Source: Azolla caroliniana
Taxonomy: Eukaryota; Plantae; Polypodiophyta
Length of the DNA: 64,000 nt
Direction of reading: 5' to 3'
Assembly: GCA_043228905.1 (NCBI GenBank)
Contig: JBHGNT010000010.1
Coordinates: 15,562,001 to 15,626,000 of the forward strand
The notes below the pieces were generated by a model. The model did not search any database, was not told where the DNA came from, and saw only the letters and a program-made list of their open reading frames with translations. Within the stretch, counting starts at the first letter, position 1. Every line of letters begins with the position of its first letter. Positions 37,800-48,719 of the stretch are shown here, piece after piece. The translations under genes were made by a program, and so were the position numbers.

Positions 37800-40700
37800 T
37801 CATGCCCGTAACATACTCCCCCTCTTTAAAACATTGCACTCTTGCAATGGAAAGTTAGGGAAGTTAGTTGTTAGAGTCGTTTCGCGTTCCCATGTGGCAT
37901 CTTTGATTGATTTATCCATCCATTTTATTTTAAATTCTCGGATTTCCTTAGTACGTAATTTTTTTGTTTTAACATCGAGAATTCTTTCTGGTACATGTGG
38001 TTTAGAAGATAAATCTTCAGAAGTAACCAGAGTTTCAGTTGTAACTGTATTGTCGCCAGAACCTAGAAGTTCTTTTAGACGACTTACATGAAAGACTGGA
38101 TGGATTCCAACACCATCGGGAAGAGCGAGACGATAGGCTGATGATCCAATGCGTTTGAGGACTGTAAAAGGTCCACAAAACCGTGGGGCTAACTTAGCGC
38201 ACTTACCCGTAGACAATGTCTTAGAATTGTGAGGTACACGTAAAAATACCTTCTGTCCAGGGCTGAATACACGAGGTTGCCTGTGATGATCGGCATAAAA
38301 ACGCGCTCTATCTTGAGCTGTTTTTATATTATCCCGTGCAATATGCAACATATCTTGCATATCCCGAAGAAAGTTTTGCGTACTTCGCAACTCATCATGA
38401 TGTATATTAACATCAATCGGGGCTCGTGGCTGAAATCCATACATCAACATAAAAGGACTATATCCCGTCGACGTATGCTTGGAGCTGTTATAAGCAAACT
38501 CCAAAATTGGGAGGTAACGTTCCCATTTTGTTGGTTTTGCACCAACGTATGCTCGAAGCATGTCCTCAATAATTTGATTTACTCGTTCTGTCTGTCCATC
38601 GGATTGAGGATGATCCGTGGAGCTCATGCTCAACGTAGTTTCTAACTTCTTAAAGACTTGCGTCCAGAAGTCACTAGTAAACTTCGGATCTCGGTCACTC
38701 ACGATATCCATCGGTAACCCGTAAAAACGAAATAACTCATCAACGAATTGGTAAGCCAATTCAGGAGCTGTTACCGTGGTTTTAGTAGCAATAAATCTGG
38801 CCATTTTAGTTAGTCTGTCAACCACAACCCATATGGCATCATGACCTTTTTGGGTGCGAGGAAGGCTAACAATAAAATCCATGGATATACTTTCCCACTT
38901 ATTATTGGGAATGTCCAAGGGATGTAAAAGTCCTGCGGCTTTAAGTCGCTCGGCTTTGTTAACCTGACATTGGTGACATTTAGTCACATAGCTATGTATG
39001 TCAGGACGCATCTTAGGCCAATAAAATTGAGTGGAGATGAGAATGAGTGTACGATGTATTCCAGGGTGCCCTGCTGAGGGTGCATCATGGCATTCAAAAA
39101 GAATTCTCTTTTTGACCTCAGGTAAATCTGGAACACAAACCTTCCCATTACGGTAGAGCAGACCGTTAGCAATGTGGAAGTATTCCTTCGAGGGTGTGGT
39201 GGTGTCTGTTCCAGACTCGACTCTTGCCCAGTATTTTGCAAAATAATTGTCATCAGGATACTTTCCTCGAAGGTGATCATAAAGATCTGATGTTATTTCA
39301 GTGAAGCTAAGCATGTTAACTTCACGGATGCGACTTAGTGCATCAGCGACAGTATTCATGGAACCTTTACGATATCGTATGGAAAAATCAAAGTCCTGGA
39401 TGAGATCAGCCCATCGTGCCTTACGACCTTTCAGGTCTTGTTGGTCACAAAAATATTTCAAGGACTCGTGGTCCGTAGTTACCACAAAGCGATTTCCATA
39501 AAGATAATGGCGCCATGTTTTGAGCGCATGTATAACCGCAAATAATTCCTTTTCTTGAACGGTATACCGACATTGAGCAGAATCAAGTTTCTTACTCTCG
39601 AATGCTATTGGTTTACCATCTTGATACAAGACAGCACCTATAGCATAATCGCTTGCGTCGGTTTCAACCTCAAAAGGTTTTGAAGGATCGGGTAAAAGAA
39701 GTGAAGGAGCCTTGCATACCAAGTCCTTGAGTTCCTTAAAGGCGAGGTCTAGTGTAGCATTCCACACAATAGGTTTTGTAGACTTACGCGTTTGACCTTT
39801 TAGAAGATCAGTAAACGGCGTCGTCAATTGTGAGTAACTACGAAGAGATTTTCGCAAAAATCCGACAAAACCAAGGAATGATCAAACTTCTCGAATATTC
39901 CGAAGAGTGGGCCAAAGCTTGATTTTCTCGATGCGAGAAGGATCAATTTCAACCTCCTCGTTCGGTTATGAGATGTCCAAGATAAGTAATTGATTTCTCG
40001 AAGAACTCACATTTTGAGATCTTCGCGTAAAATTGTTTGTCACGCAATATTTGTAAAACAAAGCGGACATGTCTAGCATGTTCTTGTAATGTACGGCTAT
40101 AAACTAAAATATCATCTAAGAAGATAACGACAAATTTTCCAAGTTGTTCTCGGAAAATGTCATTCATTTCTTGTTGAAATGTAGCTGGAGCATTGGTCAA
40201 ACCAAAAGGCATAACCAAAAACTCATAATGGCCGTAGCGCGTACGAAATGCTGTTTTAGGAACATCGTCCTCACTTATTCGTATTTGATGGTAGCCAGTA
40301 CGGAGATCAAGTTTCGTAAAATACCGAACTCCCTGGAGACGGTCAATTAGATCGTCAGCCCGGGGCAATGGGTACGAATTCTTGATCGTCACTTTATTCA
40401 AGCGTCGGTAATTAATACACATACGCCATGTGCCCTCTTTCTTTTTAACCAAGAGAACTGGTGCACCCCATGGAGATTTACTATAACGTATATAACCCAT
40501 TCGTAAATAGTCCTTAAGTTGCTTAGCTACCTCATCCTCTTCAGATCGACTTAGGCGATACAGAGGTATACTAATGGGTGCAACGCCAGGTACAATATCT
40601 ATACGATGGTCTATATTACGTTTAGGAGGTAAACCATCGGGTAGTTCACTCGGAAAAACATCACGAAAATCGTTTACGATTTCATCAAGTTGTTTTTGTT

Positions 40701-42234
40701 CAAAATATGTTAATTGACCCGAGACATTATCGATATTGTAAACGTGAATGTCCGGATCAAGTACACAATAAAATAACGTAGAACAAGACAACTCGGATAT
40801 TGATGGACACGAGGAAACAATCGAGAGGGATTGTTTTGTTACACATTGAATAAAATGCGTACAATCGTTGAGTACAAAAGAAATGGAATGGCGAACCCAA
40901 TCAATAAATAAAGAAGAGCTTTTATTATAAAACCAGGGATAACCCAGTATTACATCGGTGGTACTAAGATTCATTACATGGAAGTCTACTTCCTCTATAT
41001 AGGTATCAATAGAAATTCCTAAAGAATGAATCGCCCCGTTGATGTGTTGTACTCTTCCATCAGCCAAGTGCACCGTGTAGGTGTGATCACTTACGGTGGG
41101 TTGGATTCCCCATATCTGTACCAAACGATCATTCACAAAATTGTGTGAGCTTCCCGAATCAAATAAAAATTGTACGGGAGATCCATTGATATACCCGTTT
41201 GCACGTAGTAAATCATTGGGACCCAATACATAATGAGGGAAAGAACATTGACAATTACTCAAATGATGTGTATAGACCTGAAGGACATTAGGAATCTGAC
41301 CTTTATGATCTGTAGCTTTAGGTTTGGCGTCGTGCTCTTTTCGTTGGAGCTTACGACATTGCTCTTTTGTATGACCCTTCTTTTTGCAGAATACGCAAAA
41401 AGGATGTTGTCGCTTATAATCGCGATCCATGAATTCGTTGGGTGTCTTGCGTTTCCCAACGAATTGCGACTGCTTAGTCCCGGGCGCTTCGTTGGGTTTG
41501 TTATGGTCCTTCTTCGAAGTGCGTTGATAGCGAAGAACTATCTCAACGGCCTCTTCGAAGGATTTTGGATCCTTATCGTGCACTATCCAGTGATAGTCCG
41601 AATTGGGGATGCCATTGACAAAACAAGCTATTAACCAATTGTCCCCTTCTAGACCCGATTTTTGGATTTGGGTTCTAGCATGGTGGACATAATCTTCTAG
41701 CGAGGAAAACTTCCTGCTAGAGAGGTTCATTAAAGCTTGTGCTGCCTCGGTTCGAGAGGGAGGTTGTAGAAATTGACCCTTGAAAACTGTGACAAAGTCT
41801 GTCCAGGTCTCGGGCAATCTCCCCAAAGTTCAGAGCCCACGCCACCAAGCGGCGGCCTTACCCCCTAGTTCTCGGCCGACATATGCAATCTTCGTACTAT
41901 CTGGCGTGGGATAGAGCTCAAAATGAGACTCCCATCGGCCCAGCCACGTGCAGATTGCTTCTTCGGTTCTTTCCTTTTTATCTCCCGTAAATGGCTTTAC
42001 GACAAAGGATGGTTCACCCTGACGCTCATCAGGTCTATTAATCTCATTTTGGAGACTAATGACTCGTGCCTCGAGAGCACTTTGAGATTGCCGAAATTCG
42101 GTCAACTGCTGCGCGGTTGAACTAAGGAAATGTTGTACTTGTAAAATATACGCCTCAATGGACATTGTCCCAGGAGGATTTCCTTGAGGTCTTTCCGCTT
42201 GAGCGGAGGGCATCGGGTCGTTATTCTGAGCCAT
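37800..42234 (-). pseudogene. Chromovirus gag-pol (gag, CCHC, PR, RT, RH, INT, chromodomain) with 3 lesions
   Basis: [43 protein letters not shown] plus DDE integrase, GPF, chromodomain PERILD..IKW..DATWE. In-frame TGA at 41830-41832 and 39882-39884; 1-bp frameshift near 39952. Confidence 0.93.
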
Positions 42235-43430
42235 TGAATGATTATTTTTGGCAAAGAAATAAGATAAGGTCAGACAAATAGTCATAACATCTTGTCGTGG
42301 TGTAAACATATCATGGGCAAACATTAATCGATATCATGATCTCACGTCAATACCCCTCTAGACGTATGAGATGAGGTTCAAGATCAGGTTACTATGGTAA
42401 CACAGAGGTGTTTTAAAAACCATGGGGGTGACAAATGAATGCCTTTCCCTGATCTCTATATCGATTTTTTTCATGGCGGCTCCCCGAGGCTCAACCATGT
42501 ATGTTCGCGTCATGAATAGTTTATACACGAAAAAAATGTTAACAATAACTATGTTTCTGTGCCCACATATGTGGTTTCGGCTCTTTAAGTCCTATTACGA
42601 GGACCCCGAAGTGCACTTAGACCTAAAGTCTAAACATGTATTATAGTCATATGTATCAACGATGTTGTATGGTGTTGGTCATATTTGAACTCAAGACCTC
42701 GAGGACAAATACATTAAACACTTGAGCCAACCAAGTAGATTGCACGTCTTGAATGTTTAATGTTTGAGGCGTATTCGAGATATGCGAGGCATTTGCCCCT
42801 ATATGTTTTTGTTTAAAAGAAACATATAGGTCAAGTGGCCTTATTTCTCCCTCATTTATTACCCACTATGGTTGTACGCTACCTAACCTCAAGCCTCGTA
42901 ATTACGATGGCATATGCCAAAGTGTAACCTAATGGTCAAGCCGAATGAGCCCTTGTGTCTTCGTAGGCTCATGTGGCCCATCACATGGTCACGTCATTAC
43001 GAATGGCGCTCGTAAGAACGAGCTCATGGTGGCATCGTATCCATGTAACGAGGGGAGATGTTGGATACGTGTGTCATTAGAGCGACCCTACTTGATGTGG
43101 ATCAAGCCCGACGTATTCAACATCATTTTGGCTATACGAGGTTCGTTACGTAACGAAAGATCAAAGTGACCAACGGGAATTTCAACAATAAAAATTGTTG
43201 ATAAAAGGGATGGTGACAACGCCATTCTCACAAAAATGTGAGGACGGCCACCAAAATCCTCTCCCCAATTAGGAAAACATTTGATATGAATCACGTAATC
43301 TAAAATATACACATATGTCAATATATCACATATATACGATCAGAGACGTATATAAGTGACCACATATGCGTATACTAAATGAATCGTTTTTTTTATATAG
43401 CCAACAATGATGTATTCGGGATACGTAATC

Positions 43431-43672
43431 GAGGCATATACCTCTACGCACACGAAACATCCGAAAATAAGGTTAAGCGTAATTCGCAATTGAGGTATTG
43501 ACCTCTTACGCATAGTAAATCCAACGCATATCATTTCGAACGAAGCGAGGTATTGACCTCGTACGCGAACGTAACATATGTTCGTGAACGTAATACGCAA
43601 TTGAGGTAATAACCTCGTACGCATACGACACTCATCACATATGATTTATATGTCAAACGAGGTATTGACCTC
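43431..43672. repeat. Five regularly spaced palindromic 14-mers in the chromovirus 5' UTR
   Basis: GAGG(T/C)A-n3-ACCTC at 43431, 43492, 43547, 43603, 43659 (period 55-61 bp), mostly followed by (G/T)TACGC. Confidence 0.85.
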
Positions 43673-46600
43673 GTGGACATATGTAAACGTTTAAGATAAC
43701 CAATTAAATACCACGTCAACATCATTGAATATATGAAAAAAAAACTACATATTAAGTATACACATGTATAGAAGGGAGAAGAAAAATTAGATAAAAAATT
43801 AAGGAAAATTTACCGAAGTTCTTTCGCTAATCCTTGTTTGCATGAAGGCGACCGCACAACGATCAATCGCCATCCCACGTGAAGACAAAAAGAAAACCAA
43901 AAGAAACGTTAGTACATAGGCTCTGATACCAAATATTAGAGATTAGGTACTAAAGTAAGCATAAAATAAGGATATATCAATGATAGATCTAGAAAGAATA
44001 GAGAGAAAAGAGAGAAAGAAGGGTGCCGATCCACCCGACCACCCCCGAGCGAAGGGATCGAGACGGACTCGAGCCTCGATCGGCGTCCCATACCACCGCC
44101 TTGGCGTCGAGTCGTACCTGGATGATAGCGCGCTTGCTACAAGAGTCGTTCCACTCACGGACAGAGTCTCGACGTAGTCAATGCATGATGAAATGAGGGT
44201 AGCTAGGCCTCTTATTTATAGTAATTCTCAAGGCCCCCAGCCATGTTCACACTTGGCCTCATGGGTTGTCTCAATCCCGAGGATTAAAAGTAATCCTCCC
44301 CTTCTTTAGACTCTTTGTTTAACCCTCACACTTATCCACGTGTATAGAATACTACGACAATTCTCACCACGGGATATTATATGGTCATGCCCGTAACAGC
44401 CTGGGTCATTGTTATTTGTGGGTGTAGCAATTAACATCCCAACCTTTAGTTCTTGCAAGTTGCCTTGCCACCTAGATTCAATTGCTTTTGTCATCCTTGG
44501 TCTCACATAAATGTCTCTTTGTTGTGGGTGGACCAAACTATCATCAATCACATTAGGTGTTATGTATGGCGATTGAGAACCAAGAGATCGTTTGTTGTAT
44601 AGACCATGTAAATGGCATTTGCAAGGTCCATGTTACCTGCAACACAATTTTCAATAATTTCTTGCTGATTTGCAAAGAACACATCCCACCATGATGTATC
44701 TTGTTGTGCCATATATTTCTATGTTGTATCAATATGCTTCTTATTCTCACTTAAGGCTTGCTTCCATAAGTTCCTTTGCTCTTTTACCAGCTCGCTAAGC
44801 ATTCCTTTTTTTGTCTCAATTGGCATTTGTTTTACTCCATAAACAGTTGTAGATGACATATGAAAGGAACTAGCAACCACCTTCAAGCTCCCATTGTGGT
44901 GATGATGAGTCTTGCATTGTATACAACAATGTGGATCCACTTATGTCATTGTGCTTTATCAAGAAAACGTGATTAAAACTTATAAATTGTTTAATTGAGC
45001 TAGGACTTTAACATTTCCCTCCCCACCATCCAATATGTATATCTTAAAATCATATATCTCTTTTAGGTGGATCACATTCGGACGTGGTGTGTATGCATCA
45101 CAAATGATATCAAATAACTTTGGTAATGTGAAGACATCATTTCGGCCCAACTGTCTTGAGAAAGTATTGAACATCTTATCAATATGCTCATGTGTGTGAC
45201 CAACCAAGAGGAAGTTAACTTTCACTTTCCTAAACAATCCTTGGTTGACCAACATACTTAGATATCCAAAGACAATTGAGTTTTTGTTCTCCCTAGTTGT
45301 GTTGTTCAAGAATAGGGGGCAATGGATGGCCCCAACACATCAAAACCTTTGAATCATTGTGACTGTCAAGTTCGGGTCATTGTAGACATTCGGGTAAGTT
45401 ACGAAGACATTAGGTCTAATTGACCCATATAAGCCAAGCAACCCACCAAGTGCATCTGAACGAGATATTCATCATTGATGTCTTTAGGAAGCCACCGCAT
45501 GTGTGATAGACATGTCTTCTTCTAGTCCATACCATCGATCATTAGACACATGTATTGTTCGGGATTCTTCAACGACTTCTTTCTGTGATGCATTGCTTTC
45601 TTTCGCTCCAAAGATTGGGCTTCGTGATGGTCCTTTAACAATGTCTTATTTAAGTCCTTTTCCTTTGATGACTTGGCACCCTTAGCCATGCTCTTCAGAT
45701 TTGCACAAATTGAGGAATACCCCATGCGTACTTTCGTGGTATAATAACGTTTGTAAAGCGAGTTGTCCACAATCTTGTGAATTGGCTATACGTGACGTAT
45801 CTATCACTCGATGCACACATATTTGATCTGTAGGGGTCGTATACCTCACGTCGTGTGTAATTATTTGAGAGATGCAGTTTGCCCGTAGTTGGCATTACTT
45901 CACAATTTAGCTTGAAGTAGTTCTTCATCCAACCAATAGCATGTCTTCCAACTGCACCCATCATACTTGGACAATTGCTACATTGGATACTAGGATCACC
46001 ATTAAGAACTCGTTGTTGCACTCGATGTAATCTCATGTTACTAATGCACAATGAAAATTTGAATGCAACTCTACAACATTGGTGTGCATAGAAGATGTAA
46101 TACTCAAATGAGATAGAGATGTCTGATGATCTGTTAGACACCACTTGCATGTGTGTTGAAAGGTAAGTGTCTTGCTCAGCACCAGTGAGTGAAAAATAGT
46201 AACGCCTTAACTCCCTCAACTTATCCTTACCAATCTTGGACATGCAACCACGACCACAACATGATTTGTTGACATCTAATCCGAGTTGTTTTTTTGATGT
46301 AAATAGGTTGAACCTCGCTCGACGTATTCTATGTGGAATCCTCTATATGTGCATGGGGCTTGCCGACTAGTTGTTGTGTGCATTATTCACTAATGGATCT
46401 GCATTGGAGTCGGGAATGTCGGCCTTTGCATATGCCTCAGTAATCTGGGGTGTTTGAGTGGCACAACCTTCAGATTCTATATCGACATTGTAGTTGTACT
46501 CCTCAATAGAGAACTCTTGATGTATGTCAATATTTCTTGGAGTTTGGGAATATTCTTCAACAAAATATTCCTCAAAAGAAAAAGGCGACCCTTTGGGGAA

Positions 46601-46949
46601 AGAATACTCCTCAACAGAAAATGGCGAATTTTGACTCATAGCTGAAAAATCTTTTTATCTCTGACTATAATGCACTCTTGATCAAATTAGAGCTTCTAAC
46701 AAATGGATCAATATAAATGAGTATAACTTCCCTTATATTATTTTTTATAACATAATGTCATTTTTTTATATTTGCAATTATGTTTATAAAATAATAAATA
46801 TAAATATAAGAGCCATATATGTATTCTAAGCCTATAATTTAATATCTATGAACATGTATAATATATTGTTAAGTAGTACATATATAGTTATAAAGAATAG
46901 CTATATAGTTATATCAATATATATGTGTTAATATGTCTATAGATTTTTA

Positions 46950-47630
46950 TTTTTTTTCCAAAAACATCTACTTCCATTAGTTAAGAATGTACAAAGGAAT
47001 CATTTACAACTCATATATTACAAGACATCTTGCATGTCAAAGGAAAACAATGTGTAGATGAAACAACATAAAAAAAAAAAAACCACTCCAAAACACCACA
47101 TCATTCTATGTGTATAACATTACTCGAACACATATTCTCCACGTGAGCCTCATACAAAACAGAAATTCAGCATAGATGTCCTCCATTCGCTCCTCATGGC
47201 AACACCCATCTAGATGTTAGGAACACTTGGAGGGAACAGCCACCGCGGTGGTTGATAATTCCAATTCACTTTACCATCCATTAACTGCAGCATCGACGAA
47301 CCGCTCCATTTCCGAAGGAATCGAGCTCTAGCTTCTTCACTTGCATCAGATGGCCCTTGAAGACTTTCAAACTCACCTCACAACGTAGAAATAAGATTAA
47401 ACCAGATCATCATTAAATTCTCAGCCGGTGGGGTTCGTTTACCTGCGAGGGTCTCCTTGCACCGAGATACCCACACTTGCCAGACCGTAAGGCCGACCAC
47501 TAATACCCATATGTCCACGTAGCGTTCTTGTAAGAAGAATAAACCTCCTTGCGTTGCTGGTTGCACAGATCCTTGCTTCACCATTAAAGAAGGATTGTTT
47601 CCATTCCACCCTTGAAACCACGAGGCCAAT
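46950..47630 (-). mobile_element. 5'-truncated L1 LINE (ORF2 C-terminus, 3' UTR, poly-A)
   Basis: SWFQGW..IWVLVVGLTVWQVWVSRCKE..IWFNLISTL*GEFESLQG..WNYQPPRWLFPP, then an A-rich tail at ~46945-46958 on the minus strand. Confidence 0.8.
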
Positions 47631-48084
47631 ATATTTATTTATTATAATGTTTATATATTAATACAATTATAGAGATATATATTACAAGTTTATATATACA
47701 ATATATATATATATATATATATACTCTACCTATATATAAATATATATACTCCACCTATAAATAAACTATATGAAAAGTAACTATTTATATATATTTAATT
47801 AACTAACCCCGGTTAACGTAACCATAGTCACCTAACCCACGTGGGACCTATATATAGCGCACTCTCGTCCATTCGAGGAGCACATGCAAACAAGAGCACA
47901 AAACACAGCAACACTTACCCATTGTCACGTATACACTTCCCGACCGAGCACACAAACACCTCCGACCCGAACTCCATGCTTCTCTTCGAGCCCCAACAAA
48001 TAAACATGTCGACGAAGAAGATCGAGCGTACTAACTCCAAGTAGGTACCCCAACTGTACGGATGATACAGTGCACATTCCAATT

Positions 48085-48285
48085 TCCAACATTGTACCAA
48101 CTGGCTATTTTGTATCAAGTTGGATTTCACAATGGTGTCCTTCTCACCAACTTGATACTTTGTATCGAGTTAGGGTTTGATTTCTGTGTTTTGTACCCCA
48201 ACTCGATACTTCGAGTTGGCGTTTCATTTCTGTATTTTAGACACCAATTTGATACAAAGTATTGAGTTGGGGTTTGATTTCTGTG
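48085..48285. repeat. Palindromic ~50-bp tandem array, left part (continues at 61613-61690)
   Basis: Unit CCCAACTCGATAC-TTT-GTATCGAGTTGGGGTTTGATTTCTGTGTTTTGTA. The array resumes immediately after the Copia 3' LTR. Confidence 0.85.
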
Positions 48286-48719
48286 TGTTAATAATTAGGT
48301 AATTAACTAGGGTTAATTAGTGACTAATTATGTGAGTAGTTAAGCAAATTATGGAAGGTTATGTGATATGTGTGTGTATGTGTGTGAGAGGAAGATACAC
48401 TTATGAACAATAATATAAATGGGGGATGACTAACGAGAGTGTATATTAAAAAGCATCATCTAATACAAAAATACCCACAATGAGGTATATATATATCTCA
48501 TGTGCAAAGGTGCACATGTATGAGTAGAATATAGGTACAAAGGTTTAAGTCCTATATTAAATGATCATGGGAGTGGAGGATCTACAATGTATCCCACTCA
48601 AGTACAAAATCCTATTTAAGGCTTTACGGTCAACACACTAACTAGATTCTATTTAGGTAACTACTAAGTTATCTGTGTTCACTAACTAAATAAATCTACT
48701 TAAGCTTTATATCTCAACA
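48286..48719 (-). mobile_element. Solo LTR, same family as 36737-37153, opposite orientation
   Basis: Reverse-complement homolog of 36737-37153, with its own 5-bp TSD CTGTG (48281-48285 / 48720-48724). Confidence 0.9.

Larger units (their letters stand above)
37349..44398 (-). mobile_element. Full-length Ty3/Gypsy chromovirus
   Basis: 465-bp LTRs at 37349-37813 and 43934-44398 look identical. TSD GCCTG (37344-37348 / 44399-44403). PBS TGGTATCAGAGCC (tRNA-iMet) at 43919-43931. PPT at 37814-37823. Confidence 0.97.
36600..46639 (-). pseudogene. Decayed Sola-like (DUF7869-type) DDD transposase, interrupted by a chromovirus and a solo LTR
   Basis: Minus-strand order: CCGRGC..RRYYFSL..EQ, CRVAFKFSLCIS, LMIDGMD, NNTTRENKN..FLLVGHTHEHIDKMF, VGMLIA..DPG|YQFWIGKV..VHWY..IQNT|STLDISEVDIIVYDFTLTKVG. 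The reading resumes across both insertion TSDs. Element termini not identified. Confidence 0.7.

Noticed and set aside
41830-41832. Programmed stop readthrough in chromovirus gag
   Set aside because: The stop lies mid-capsid (WWRGL*TLGRLP) and is most simply a CGA->TGA mutation.
43431-43672. True CRISPR array
   Set aside because: Eukaryotic retrotransposon leader, no cas genes, only a 14-21 bp repeat, and spacers related to each other.
36737-48719. ~420-bp inverted repeats flanking the transposase, resembling giant TIRs of one element
   Set aside because: Each copy has TG..CA ends and its own 5-bp TSD (ATGTG; CTGTG), and the left copy interrupts the transposase ORF. They are independent solo LTRs.
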